A program made the position numbers and the translations under genes. A stretch of 64,000 nt of DNA from Candidatus Bathyarchaeota archaeon (GTDB taxonomy: Archaea; Thermoproteota; Bathyarchaeia; 40CM-2-53-6), in NCBI GenBank assembly GCA_963833125.1, contig CAWHWX010000018.1, forward strand, positions 128,499 to 192,498, written 5' to 3'. Each line of letters opens with the position of its first letter. Position 1 is the first letter of the stretch. Below, in pieces: positions 46,445 through 57,268 of the stretch. A model generated the notes under the pieces. The model ran no database searches. It worked only from the letters and a program-made list of their open reading frames with translations, and had not been told where the DNA came from.

Positions 46445-46651
46445 ATGAGCTATGAACGCTCCTTCCATAAGCCAGTCGAGGAAGGGAAGGAATACGAGGT
46501 CGAAATCAAGGAGACCAGTCGCCGTGGCGATGGTGTCGCAAGGATTGAAGGCTTCGTAGTCTTCGTCCCCCAAACCAAACCTGGCGATAAGGTGAAGGTC
46601 AAGATCAACACCGTTGGTCCACGATTCGCAACCGGCGAACTCGTTAAGTAA
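46445..46651 (+). CDS. Single TRAM-domain protein (archaeal RNA chaperone)
   Basis: PVEEGKEYEVEI...GDGVARIEGFVVFVP..KPGDKV. Confidence 0.92.
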   Translation: MSYERSFHKPVEEGKEYEVEIKETSRRGDGVARIEGFVVFVPQTKPGDKVKVKINTVGPRFATGELVK

Positions 46652-46740
46652 AATACTTGACGGTTGGGCCAACGAAACCTTTTTTCTATTCATTCTTTTC
46701 CGGAACGATACTGGGCAAACGATCCGTCCCAGTGAACAAG

Positions 46741-46995
46741 ATGACCACCGTAGTTGTCTACACGAAAGAAGGCTGCCACCTCTGTGAAAATGTAATCTCT
46801 ACTCTAGAGAAACTCGTGACCGAGCGCCCCCTCGAAATATCAACGAGAGACATAACAGAAAGTTCAGAGATGTATGAACGTTACAAGAACGTGATTCCTG
46901 TGGTCGAGGTTAATGGCAGAGTTACGCTTGCGGGTTCAACACTTTCGAATCAGAACACGCTCGAGATCGTCTTGAGGCGCGCGATATTCCCCTAA
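46741..46995 (+). CDS. Glutaredoxin-like protein (DUF836)
   Basis: YTKEGCHLCE...YKNVIPVV. Confidence 0.85.
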   Translation: MTTVVVYTKEGCHLCENVISTLEKLVTERPLEISTRDITESSEMYERYKNVIPVVEVNGRVTLAGSTLSNQNTLEIVLRRAIFP

Positions 46996-47014
46996 CCATG
47001 CTTGCATTGCGAGA

Positions 47015-47711
47015 TCATGGAATAGTGAAGTATAATCTTCTGTTGCTCTTCCCCTTGTTCTCGAACTTTAGCAGGTCTATCTTCACGATTTCGTTCAAAC
47101 TCTTAACGTGCACGCCACCATCTGCTTGAATATCATACCCTTCGATCTCTACTATACGGAGCTCTTGCACATCAGGTGGAGCGGCAGTAGCCAACTTCGT
47201 GATGCCTGGAATCTTCAAGGCTTCATCCCTCTTCATGAAGTAAGTCTTCACCGAAGGATTCTTCGTGATAGCTTCATTCGCCTGACTGCAATAGGTGAGC
47301 ATTCTGTCCCTGTCAAAACCTTCCAAGCTGAAATCAAGCCTGGATTTGTCGGGTTGTATTTGATTGCCAGTGATGAGGGCGCCCGTTTGTTTATGGAAGA
47401 TTGAACTGAGCAGGTGCGCAGATGTGTGCATTCTCATGATCCTATATCGCCTATCCCAATCGAGCTTTCCTTGCACCTCTGTCCCAACTTGGAAGTTTGC
47501 GGGTGAGTCCAATACGTGTACGATAGAATCGTTATCGCCCTTGACAGTGTCCACAACTTTCGCTTCATCCAACCATCCAATATCGCCAACTAGTCCGCCT
47601 CCGTGAGGGTTGAATGCTGTCTGATCGAGGACGACTTGGTTATCCGTGACCGAAGCTACCTTAGCCTTGAACTCTTTCGTACATGTCCTCCCAGAAGAGT
47701 TTCTTTGTCAT
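47015..47711 (-). CDS. AlaX alanyl-tRNA editing protein (frameshifted near the 5' end)
   Basis: LDQTAF.P.GGG, MRMHTSAH, QADGGVH, KGKSNRRLY. Confidence 0.92.
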
Positions 47712-48064
47712 CGAAACGACCCGCACAAGCAAATCCTAAGATTCCATGCGCTTACTGAACTAGAAGAATGATTCGGCTATTTGGTTGTGATAAGGAGGAC
47801 TCGAAAATCATAGCTCTGAATGTGAGAACTAGGCCTCAGAGAGCCCTCCCGCCATGTATATCGCATGTCTCGCTGCTCGTCATCTACCTCATTGTATTCA
47901 TCTAGACACATCATAAATACCGAAAGTTCCGAACAGAGAATACGCTGCCACAACGCAATGAAGGGGAAGTGCGGGAAAACTCATTTTTCTTCCCCTAAGC
48001 AGAAAATGATGTGACTAGAAAGTTTGTTATGTTTCCCGACCCCTTTGTTGACAATGTTGGTGTT

Positions 48065-48642
48065 ATGATGCGGGTGGGGATACTACTGTTCGATGATGTG
48101 GAGGAATTGGACTTTGCAGGTCCTTTGGAAGTGTTCGGTGCAACGGCACGTTTCACGGAACAAATTGAGATAGTGACCGTCTCCGGCAAGGCGGTCTGGT
48201 TCACTGCAGGTATGGACTCCAAGTGCAGCCTAACTGCAGCTTCAGTGATTGTCCGCCTCTGGATTTGCTCGTTGTGCCCGGCGGCAAGGGTGTCCGTGAA
48301 GTCAAGAATGATTCTGAAACGATCTCATTTGTTCGGCAGCAGAGTTCTAGTGCTCAGATCGTCAGCGTGTGTACTGGAGCCCTTATTCTAGCAGAGGCTG
48401 GCATCCTCGCAGGCCATAAAGCGACAACGCATCATTCAACGATTGATGCACTTCGAGAATATCCAAATATCCAGGTCTTGCCCGGGGTCAGATACACAAG
48501 GGAAGAACGAGTGAGCACGTCGGCAGGAATCAGTGCAGGCGTAGACTTAGCTCTCGCAATCGTGCGTGGCCTCTTTGGTGAGCAGGTAGAAACTCAGGTC
48601 ATGGAACTAATGGAATACGAGCCTAGGACAGTAGGTGGGTAA
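48065..48642 (+). CDS. DJ-1/PfpI family protein (frameshifted)
   Basis: ELDFAGPLEVF, VPGG, SVCTGA, ATTH, TSAGISAGVD. Confidence 0.9.
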
Positions 48643-48960
48643 GTGGATGCAGTTTCTTTACAAAATTCAGCCCGTGCGTCCAGAATTACTGACGATAGGT
48701 CCAACTGCGGACGAGAAGGCATAATTGCCCAACACTTCTCATACTTGAAGAGGTTGATGGATGAGGGAATCGTAATTCTCGCTGGAAGAACGCTGAATAC
48801 CGACACCAGTGGCTTCGGAAGAGCTATCTTCAATTCCGAATCGGAGGAAGCAGCCCATCAAATCCTTCTCGAAGACCCAGCAGTGAAGAACAACGTCTTC
48901 AAGAGCGAAATATTCCCCTATCGAATCGCATTGCTCGAGGAAAGAAACGTACGAGAGTAA
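48643..48960 (+). CDS. YciI-like protein
   Basis: HFSYLKRL..G..ILAGR, EDPAV. Confidence 0.75.
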   Translation: MDAVSLQNSARASRITDDRSNCGREGIIAQHFSYLKRLMDEGIVILAGRTLNTDTSGFGRAIFNSESEEAAHQILLEDPAVKNNVFKSEIFPYRIALLEERNVRE

Positions 48961-49095
48961 TTGCAGGTTTCATTGAAATGAAACTAAGATTCGAACGTCC
49001 CACGGGAATGTCCCGGCGAGAACGTTCCACAGCCTAAGAAACGCGAATATCTTATTAATTCGAAGTTTAACTACGTGCTGTAGTCGGTGTGTTGA

Positions 49096-49494
49096 GTGAC
49101 TGCTTCCAGACCTCTGCGGGTTATTGTTGCGTTGGATGCTTTTGTAATGGCGCTCGGCCATGTCCCGATCGCTATGCATATTTCCGCCTCATTCGCTGAG
49201 ATACCGCTATACTTCCTCATTGCGACGATCGTGTACGTCCTTGGAGGGGTTTTCGTTGTGTCAGGTAAAATCTTCAAGTTAGCGAACGTAGGATTGATAG
49301 TTCTTGCCATAATCGATAACTTGCTTCTGATCTACACGCGAATGATGCCTAGCATTTTCTTCGGAAGAATCTTATCCTGGTCTACAGGTTGGTTCCCACT
49401 CGGTACGGTTCAAATCTTTATCGGACAAATGATCATCATAGTTCTCTGCGCGGTTCTGCTCCGCAAAAATAGCCCAGTCGTACTCCATGTTTGA
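49096..49494 (+). CDS. Membrane protein, tandem paralogue A
   Basis: 4 TM; near-identical motifs to the downstream copy. Confidence 0.8.
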   Translation: MTASRPLRVIVALDAFVMALGHVPIAMHISASFAEIPLYFLIATIVYVLGGVFVVSGKIFKLANVGLIVLAIIDNLLLIYTRMMPSIFFGRILSWSTGWFPLGTVQIFIGQMIIIVLCAVLLRKNSPVVLHV

Positions 49495-49561
49495 TCTCAA
49501 GGTTCAGTTGATATACGGTAAGGACTGGTCGAGTGCGTTCATAGGTTCAAGGCGATATCGA

Positions 49562-50017
49562 GTGACTGCTTCTAGACTTCTGCGAGTTATTGTGGCGTTG
49601 GATGCGTTCCTTATGGCGTATGGTCATGTCACGCTATCGCTAGGGCTCTCCTTCCTTTTCAGGCCATCCGGTGGTCGGCCACCGCCACCTCCGCCCACAG
49701 GCCAGGTCCTCTTTCATCCGGTCTTTCCGTTCTTCGCGATAGGCGCCTACTTCCTCATCGCAACGATCATCTACATACTCGGAGGCGTTTTCGTCGCTTC
49801 GATAAAACTCTTCAAGTTGACAAATGTCGGGTTGATTCTACTTGCTATCGTAGATAACTTGCTGCTACTAGACACGAGAACCATGCCCAACGTATTCCTC
49901 GGAAGAATCATACCCTGGTCCACAGGATGGTTTCCCCTTGGTACGGTTCAAGTCCTAATTGGTCAAAGCCTACTGATCGTCCTATGCGCCGTTCTCCTGA
50001 AACAATCACACAAGTGA
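49562..50017 (+). CDS. Membrane protein, tandem paralogue B with poly-Pro insert
   Basis: Shared MTASR.LRVIVALDAF, YFLIATI.Y.LGGVFV, DNLLL, WSTGWFPLGTVQ. Confidence 0.8.
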   Translation: MTASRLLRVIVALDAFLMAYGHVTLSLGLSFLFRPSGGRPPPPPPTGQVLFHPVFPFFAIGAYFLIATIIYILGGVFVASIKLFKLTNVGLILLAIVDNLLLLDTRTMPNVFLGRIIPWSTGWFPLGTVQVLIGQSLLIVLCAVLLKQSHK

Positions 50018-50058
50018 TGATGCATATAGTCGATCTGAGCTTCAGGGCGATATTGAGT

Positions 50059-50652
50059 TCACGTTGATGTAGGTGCCCGGGCAGGCAGCGCCGTTTGTCC
50101 CCTGGGTGTAGCCCTAGAAAGTTGGCCTGTCACGGTGACCCATGTTCCAGGGGACGGAAGTGTGGATGGGGCAGATCCCAGGGTGTACCATTGGTAGGCG
50201 GTGGCTTCTAGCAAATCTGGATTGGTGTATGGAATTGCTAATTCAACGCAGCCGTTTGAAGGTTCAGAGAGGATGCCTGAACATTGGACGGTACTATTTC
50301 CGTTCGATGTTGTGCACAGGTTACCATATGCCCCAAGACTAGGAGGGGTGCACCCGTAATTCCCACAGTTATAGGCTCCAGAGCAGATATAGCCGACTCC
50401 GGTATTCGCCGTATACAAACCGCTCGCGACCGTTGTAACCGTTGCGAGGTTGGTGACTGTACTGACGCTAGTTATTGTCTGAGTGACGTACTGGTTCTGA
50501 GTGTTCGTTAGGAACTGTTGCTGCGTAATCGTCATCCTCTGAGGGTTTAGAGTGGCGTAGGCTACGAAGCCCAGACTCAGGATTGCAATAATCGCTAGCC
50601 CAACGATCATTAAGACCGTACCCTTTCGACTTTTAGGCTCGTTTTGAGACAA
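50059..50652 (-). CDS. Membrane-anchored Thr-rich/Cys-rich extracellular protein
   Basis: N-terminal TM, Thr-rich linker, six Cys; 3' end probably frameshifted. Confidence 0.65.
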   Translation of the reverse strand: MSQNEPKSRKGTVLMIVGLAIIAILSLGFVAYATLNPQRMTITQQQFLTNTQNQYVTQTITSVSTVTNLATVTTVASGLYTANTGVGYICSGAYNCGNYGCTPPSLGAYGNLCTTSNGNSTVQCSGILSEPSNGCVELAIPYTNPDLLEATAYQWYTLGSAPSTLPSPGTWVTVTGQLSRATPRGQTALPARAPTST

Positions 50653-50905
50653 GTTTTAACATGTGTAGATTTGCGCTAGAACTGATAAACCCGTCTCTAC
50701 CAAGTAGAAGGGTAGTAGGACAAGTGGAAATTTCAAACGTGAAGCTGACAAAGCTAGCGAAAATTGTAAACCGGATGAGCGAGAGTTTGTTCAGTTCGTT
50801 TATCTGAACCCGGTTTCTGAATGAACGCTTCTTATCACTCCTCGTCCGAGGGTAAGTTATTCTAAGGTACCCAACGGAGAACAAAGGATCAGGAGGAGGC
50901 ATTCG

Positions 50906-51951
50906 TTGACGGTTGGGCTTTCAGGGAGTGAGAAAGCGAAGATTGTCACTGTTTATTCGATTATAGTCTTCGCCACAATCTTTGGTTTTCTAGCGTCCGC
51001 CATCGTTGGTAAGCTATCGGTGCTCCTCGCAGGCCTTGGCGTGATTGCGTATGTGTTCGGTCTGCGGCATGGGGTTGATGCGGATCATATTGCTGCGATC
51101 GATAATACGACTAGAAAGCTGATGCAGGATAATCAACGGCCGTTTACTGTAGGATTGTGGTTCTCGCTTGGACACTCAACAATTGTTGTCGTGCTTATCG
51201 TCGCATTGATTCTTGCAACTAGAACCGTTATCGGTCACATACCGGAACTGGAAAGTGGCGGGGCAATTATCGGCACGACGGTTTCGGGCACCTTCCTACT
51301 GCTTATGGGAATCGTGAACATAGTCATCGTGGTGAACATCTACCGCCTCTTCAAGGAAATGAAGCAAGGCAGGCTTAACCAGGTTCAACTTGAGGCAATT
51401 CTGGAAAACGAGGGTTCCTCAACCGATATTTCCGCCCGCTCTTCAAGATCGTCAATCGTCCCTGGCAGATATACCCAATCGGGGTCCTGTTTGGGTTAGG
51501 CTTTGATACTGCAACGGAAATAGCACTTATCGCGATCAGCGTCGGGATAGGTGTGTCCTCTTCTGTTCCGATTTGGATGATTTTAGTGCTGCCGTTTATG
51601 TTCACCTGCGGCATGGTTCTAATCGATACTACGGACGGCGTAACGATGCGCGCCGCCTATGGCTGGGCGTTCCTTAATCCAATCCGCAAAATCTACTACA
51701 ACTTAACCGTAACCGTGATTTCCGTTCTAGTCGCCCTTGCTATTGGGACGGTTGAGTTGCTCCAGGTCTTATCCAACGAACTGAATCTGACCGGTAGATT
51801 TTGGAGCGGGCTTAATGGACTTGACTTCGAAACAGTTGGGTTCGCGATCGTTCTGATTTTTCTGCTATCTTGGATAGTCTCGGTGCTGGTCTGGAAGTAT
51901 AAGCGGCTTGACCAACTGGACGTTCTCGACAAGTTCGAAACGGATTACTAA
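50906..51951 (+). CDS. NiCoT (HoxN/NixA) nickel/cobalt transporter (frameshift near 51410)
   Basis: GLRHGVDADHIAAIDN, FSLGHST, GFDTATE, DTTDG, YYNLT. Confidence 0.95.
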
Positions 51952-51959
51952 CTTTTCCA

Positions 51960-52146
51960 GTAACGGGATCAACTTGTTGGTTGCTGCTGCAAACTGCTTC
52001 GTTTGGGGGGATCGAGGCGTAGAATGAGGCGAAGAGTTTTTGTTCGGCACCGTTTGGCTCCACCCCTCGAGGGGTGGCTCCACCGCCCCTTAATTCCGCA
52101 CAGAAAACAAGAGGAATCTCTGAACAAACGTTAACTTGACGTCACC
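51960..52146. mobile_element. MITE copy 2 (diverged left end)
   Basis: Colinear with 3823-4008; ends GTAACGGGATCAA...TTGACGTCACC; flanked by the direct repeat (C)TTTTCCA. Confidence 0.85.
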
Positions 52147-52169
52147 TTTTCCAAGAGTGTCTCATGAAG

Positions 52170-53081
52170 TTAGGCGGATACCACGATTACCGTTCCTTTC
52201 ATCCAGGGATGGTACGTGCAGACGTAAGTGTATGTGCCTGGTTGGGTGAACGTGTAGGTGAAGGTATCACCAGGATTCAGGTTACCTGAGTCGAAACTAT
52301 GGTCCGTTGACGTGACGGTATGAGGGGCGGTGTCGTTGTTGACCCATCGCACAGTGTTGTTCACGCCAATCACTACGGTTATGGTCGAGGGTGAGAACCC
52401 GGTCGAATTAGGGTACGCGGCACCTGCTAGGATGGCCACATTCGACGTAGCTGGACTGGTCGGGCGTCGTGAGTGCGGTAGTGTTTGTTGGTTGGTACGC
52501 ACCATTCGGCAATACGACCAGGTAGCCAAACATTCCTATTGAGACGTGATAGGTGCAGACGAACTCGTATATTCCAGCATATTGAGCCACGAAGTTGTAC
52601 CGTGCGGTAACACTCCCCGGACTCCCGGTCACCACGACTCCGGGAGAGTTGTTCGTTGCTGGGCCTGTAACTTTCGCGCCAGTGAGGTCATTGATTAGGC
52701 CTGGAACTGAAGCGTTCACTTCTATGAAGTAGGGTGCTCCTATGACGAAGTTGTGGATCACGGTGTCGTTGTTGAGGAAAATAAGCTCCACTGTGTCCCC
52801 TTGATTGACGACAATGTAGTTCGCGGCTGAAACGGTCTTGTCCTGACTGGCCTTTGGTCCACTGAATCCAGATCGCACGTGACGTGGGCGATTGGTTCAT
52901 CACTGGGAGCTGACTGGGCTCGCCACCCGACTGGGATGATGTGGTTGCCTGTGAAATGTTCGGGGCAAGCGGCCGATATGCAAGCGAGAAGGCCGCGCGA
53001 GAATGATAACAGCGATGATCGCTAATGCTCCAAATTCGAAAGAAAGCGCCCTTCGAATGAAGGGGACACGGTTTGTTTCAT
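52170..53081 (-). CDS. Membrane-anchored protein with two cupredoxin (type-1 Cu) domains (frameshifted)
   Basis: HNF...CTYHVSIGMFG and PHTV...CTYHPWMKG; N-terminal hydrophobic segment. Confidence 0.85.
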
Positions 53082-53261
53082 AGTTAGTCTCGCATCGCAA
53101 GCTGCAACCTCCAAATAGAGCTTGCGCATCCATAACATTACACAGGCCACGAAGTTTTTCTTATGGAAATTCTTGCCGCGCCAATTTGACTTACATTTGG
53201 TTCTATTGTGTCACAAGACTTTTGCACTACACTTCGCAATCACCTGTCCGTGGCACTAACT

Positions 53262-53803
53262 TTGAAGATACTTGGGATATCTGGCAGTAGCAGGAATGGA
53301 TCTTACAATCAGGCGCTCTTGGAGGAGGCGGTTCGTATGCTGCCGGAAAATGTGACGCTCAAAATAGCGAACGTCGCTGGATTCCCATTATTCAGTCAAG
53401 ATTTGGAGGATGAGCCACCGACAACCGTTCGTGAGTTTAAGGACGAGCTTAGGAAGTCGGATGCCGTGCTTTTCGCCACGCCAGAGCATAACCGCTCGAT
53501 TTCGGCGCTACTCAAGAATGCTATAGAGTGGGGGAACCGGCCGGACAACGTATGGGATGGCAAAGCCGCCGCCATAATGAGCGGTCGACAGGGCCGAGGG
53601 GAGGGGTGCGCTCTCAAATGCATCTGCGACAGATTTTGGTAGACCTGAACATGTACACGATGAACCGTCCGGAATTATTTGTAGGAATGGCTCGGGATGC
53701 GTTTGACAATGATCTCAGACTCAAAGACGAAGGCACCAAAAAGACATTGAGAACTCTGCTGGAGAATCTTGTCGAATGGACAGTGAAGGTTCAGACACGT
53801 TAG
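53262..53803 (+). CDS. NADPH-dependent FMN reductase (frameshifted)
   Basis: GISGSSRNGSYN, ATPEHNRSIS..LKNAIEW, GGVRSQ.HLR. Confidence 0.92.
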
Positions 53804-53841
53804 TGGGTTCCAGGCATTAGCGGTAGCGCATAGGCAGTGTC

Positions 53842-54540
53842 TTGCCGCAACGGAACAAGAGATACAGCTTGCAATTCGTCAAAGGTCAGTGGAAGGGATG
53901 GAAAAGATTTGCACGTGATTTCTCCATCATTCAGATAGGCTTCTTGCTCTTCGGGATTTCTATCAATGTCCTGGTTCAAGCGAGTTTAGGTCTGGATTCC
54001 TGGGATGTGCTTCAAATGGCATTAACATACCACTTGCCTCTTACTCTTGGAGAGTCGAACATTATCGTCGCTTTCCTCGTCATCTTAGTCGACATTGCTC
54101 TCAAAGAGCCATTGGGTTGGGGGACCATCGCAAACATGATTTTCATTGGCTTATGGGTAGACTTCATGAAACCGTACGTTCCGTCAGTTCCGCACCTATT
54201 CCCAATTCAAGTGGCCTATCTTCTCCTGGGAACGATCATAATGGGGTTTGCAACTGCGATTTACATCGGAGTGGACGCGGGAGCGGGACCACGGGATTCT
54301 CTAATGCTGGCGATGTCGAGGCTTGGGAAGATCAGTGTGCGAGTCGCTCGAACATGCATAGAGGTCATGGTTGTTGCGGTCGGTTGGCTCTTAGGTGGAC
54401 CGGCATGGCTTGGAACCTTGATTGTTGCAATCGCCATTGGACCAGCCGTCCAGTTCGCATTCAAAGTATTAGGTGTCCATCAGGCTGCAACTCCTTCACT
54501 TTTCCCTGGTTTCAAGCCAAAAGAAAAATTGCAACAATAA
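53842..54540 (+). CDS. YczE/YitT-like membrane protein
   Basis: LGLDSWDVL, GWGTIAN, GAGPRDSLM, GWLLGG..GT. Confidence 0.85.
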   Translation: MPQRNKRYSLQFVKGQWKGWKRFARDFSIIQIGFLLFGISINVLVQASLGLDSWDVLQMALTYHLPLTLGESNIIVAFLVILVDIALKEPLGWGTIANMIFIGLWVDFMKPYVPSVPHLFPIQVAYLLLGTIIMGFATAIYIGVDAGAGPRDSLMLAMSRLGKISVRVARTCIEVMVVAVGWLLGGPAWLGTLIVAIAIGPAVQFAFKVLGVHQAATPSLFPGFKPKEKLQQ

Positions 54541-54582
54541 ACATAGGTCCCATTAGACGATGCACAACTCCCCCAAACCGTT

Positions 54583-54984
54583 TCACTCCAGCCATACCGT
54601 CTTACACGGTCGCTTGATTTGGTAATGCGAGAAGTTCTCCCCTTTCTGGGCACCGTGCCAGTGCCACGAGAAGGCAGGGATGCAGACAAAGTCGCCTTTC
54701 TTCAGAGGCTGGACGTCTCCGAAGGTCACCTGAGCTTTGCCATCTTCTCCAAGTTTAACCTGGGTCTGCACGGCTAACACGCCCTGACCCTCGGCCGCCA
54801 TCAATACTTGGTCGGAGTCGTGGTAATGGACCTTGGTGCGGGCGCCATCCGCGAAACTTACCAAGAAAACCTCGACATCTTTGGTGATCGAGTCGTTGAT
54901 TACGGCTTGAATCTTCACCTTCCCAACAAAATAGTCTCCAGGCCCAGGGGTGCTGGCAGTTTCGTCGATATTGAATTTCGGCAT
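54583..54984 (-). CDS. Cupin domain protein
   Basis: GARTKVHYH..Q; GD.VCIP...WHWHGA. Confidence 0.88.
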   Translation of the reverse strand: MPKFNIDETASTPGPGDYFVGKVKIQAVINDSITKDVEVFLVSFADGARTKVHYHDSDQVLMAAEGQGVLAVQTQVKLGEDGKAQVTFGDVQPLKKGDFVCIPAFSWHWHGAQKGENFSHYQIKRPCKTVWLE

Positions 54985-55181
54985 GCGACGAATACATCTT
55001 CCTTCGTAGTTAAACCTGAGTTAGTGACTGGAATTATCCCCGCCCCCCGATGATTACGTTGCGTTGGATAATTTCTATTCGAACTTGACTCACCGCAATA
55101 GTCTGTTCGAGTTCGAATCCAAAGTTGCGTAGTTAGGAATTACTAATCAACTTTATTCGGCACCATCGATGGGCTTGAGCG

Positions 55182-56045
55182 GTGACTAACTCGACAAGTC
55201 TGTGGAATGGCCTGCTGTTCCAGATTGCTAAGCATTGGATAGCTGGCGAAACCTACGAGGAGGCATTGGAGCGCGCTCAACAAGCGAACGCCAAAAAAAT
55301 GCTGGGAATCATAAACCTTCTTGGCGAGGAAGTCACCGCACAAGAGGAAGCTGCTGCTGCCACCACAGAGTATCTAGAGATCCTCAAAGCTATCGACGAG
55401 CGTAAGATCCGAAGCTGCATATCGATCAAGCCAACTCAGCTGGGTCTGAGTATCGAGAGGAAACTTTACGAAGAAAATTTGAACAGTATCGTCAGCTCCG
55501 CAAAATCACTAGGGAACTTCGTATGGATCGACATTGAGGGGTCCCGCTACACGGCGGATACGATCGATTCATACTTAGAATTCCGGAGGAAATTTGACAA
55601 CGTCGGGGTCGCGGTCCAGGCATACTTGAAGAGAAGCGAGGAAGACGTAAACCGAATCCTCGAAGCGAAAGGAATGATAAGGTTAGTCAAAGGCGCTTAC
55701 AATGAGAAACCCGAGATCGCTTTCAAACGCAAGAATCAGATTAACGAGAATTTCTCAAAGCTAATGCGATTGATGTTTGACCGAGGACATGGATTCGCTA
55801 TTGCCACTCATCACGAGAAGTTGATTGAGGAAGCAGCGGAATTGAGCAAGAGTAGGCAGGTAGATTTCGAGTTTGAAATGCTAATGGGGATTAGGGACAA
55901 CAAGAAAATTGAACTCGCAGAACGCGGATATCGAGTTAGCGAATACATACCGTACGGGAAGGGGTGGTGGGGCTACTCGGTTAGGAGGATTCGCGAACAC
56001 AAAAGCAACATACTCCTCCTAGCTCGCTCCCTCGTAAGCGGTTAA
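55182..56045 (+). CDS. Proline dehydrogenase (monofunctional)
   Basis: IAGE, LLGE, SIKPTQLG, QAYLKR, RLVKGAY, IATH, YIPYG..W.GY..RR..E. Confidence 0.93.
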   Translation: MTNSTSLWNGLLFQIAKHWIAGETYEEALERAQQANAKKMLGIINLLGEEVTAQEEAAAATTEYLEILKAIDERKIRSCISIKPTQLGLSIERKLYEENLNSIVSSAKSLGNFVWIDIEGSRYTADTIDSYLEFRRKFDNVGVAVQAYLKRSEEDVNRILEAKGMIRLVKGAYNEKPEIAFKRKNQINENFSKLMRLMFDRGHGFAIATHHEKLIEEAAELSKSRQVDFEFEMLMGIRDNKKIELAERGYRVSEYIPYGKGWWGYSVRRIREHKSNILLLARSLVSG

Positions 56046-56346
56046 AAGAACCCTGCAAGAAATCAGTTTAGACATCTTTCTTGGGCCGTTGGATGCAACG
56101 TTGGGCGTCCATAGGTTGATGGGGGGGGTGGTGTAATTTGTGGGGAGAACATGTTACTTTACCGTGTTTAGGTCGTTTATGTCTCCGACAAGGATGACTT
56201 TCTTCGGGTTTGTGGAGATGGATACGTATCTGAGTACTGGACGAGAGGCTAAGCTAAAGTAAATTATGGAGCGTCCGGGCGGGATATTAGTCACTGGTTC
56301 AATTCCCTTACTGTTTGAGCGCAAACGAATTTCTGAGATGCTTACT

Positions 56347-57132
56347 CTAGGGGATTTGCTTCCTAGTCTTCGGAATACGTTTCAACCTAAGGATGGCAGC
56401 GGTCACTAGAACGAGTATTAGGATGACCGCACCGACAATTAACGCGGAATAATCTGTAGGCGCAGTTGTTGCGGGTAACGTTGACACAGCTGTCTGAGTG
56501 CTGAGTATTTGGATGATGTTCGTCGTTGTGTATGCGGATGTTGAGATTTGAATTCCGTGGCCATAGGCTTGTGCACTCAGATGGATGTAGCCGCCGATGA
56601 ACTGCCCTGAGAGGAACATGAACACATATTCTCCACGCTGAGGCACAACCCAAACCAGGTCCGAAGCTGGGGCGGCTACCTGCAGTTCCCAGCTGGAGAA
56701 TCCGTTGGCGCAATTCGTGTGGTTGAATCGGTTGAACTGATCCATGTTCAAGATTAGGAAATGGATTGGAATATCCTGCTGAGTGTCGAAGTGTACCTTG
56801 AACCCATCGGCGGTGCTCGCGTTCACTAGGAAATAATCGTACATGAGGCATAGCGGGTTCTGTGGGTAGTACGGGGCCGTCTCTGAGTAACCTAGAGTGA
56901 ATGTGCCTGTTCTGTCGTTGAAGTCTGAAGGCGTCAAATCGTAGCGAATCGTCTGCGGTGTAACTACGGTTGAGGTCAAAGTCGAAGTGATTGCAGTTAC
57001 GGATGTCGAGGTGAACGATTGCACAGTACTTAAGGTTGTAAAAGATTGACCGCTCGCAAGCGATGACGGAGAGAATAGCGCAAGGAGCACGCATCCAAAG
57101 AAGAGCACGATTACGAGGCTACGTTGGTCCAA
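56347..57132 (-). CDS. Secreted, C-terminally anchored hypothetical protein
   Basis: Signal peptide, Ser/Thr-rich linkers, C-terminal TM plus basic tail. Confidence 0.75.
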   Translation of the reverse strand: MDQRSLVIVLFFGCVLLALFSPSSLASGQSFTTLSTVQSFTSTSVTAITSTLTSTVVTPQTIRYDLTPSDFNDRTGTFTLGYSETAPYYPQNPLCLMYDYFLVNASTADGFKVHFDTQQDIPIHFLILNMDQFNRFNHTNCANGFSSWELQVAAPASDLVWVVPQRGEYVFMFLSGQFIGGYIHLSAQAYGHGIQISTSAYTTTNIIQILSTQTAVSTLPATTAPTDYSALIVGAVILILVLVTAAILRLKRIPKTRKQIP

Positions 57133-57268
57133 GGCACTTCAGAACCGGAACGGGTCGATTCAAATAGGTTTCGAAGTAACAAATTCAAGTTTTCTCTACA
57201 GGCAGAGCCATGCGCTTGGGAGGGCTACTAATCTGCCTTGATTGCGGAATTCTATTCTTCCCGAACTC

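Noticed and set aside
56387-57094. 235-aa alternative-frame ORF overlapping 56347-57132
   Set aside because: Shadow frame; the other frame has a coherent signal peptide, domain and TM architecture
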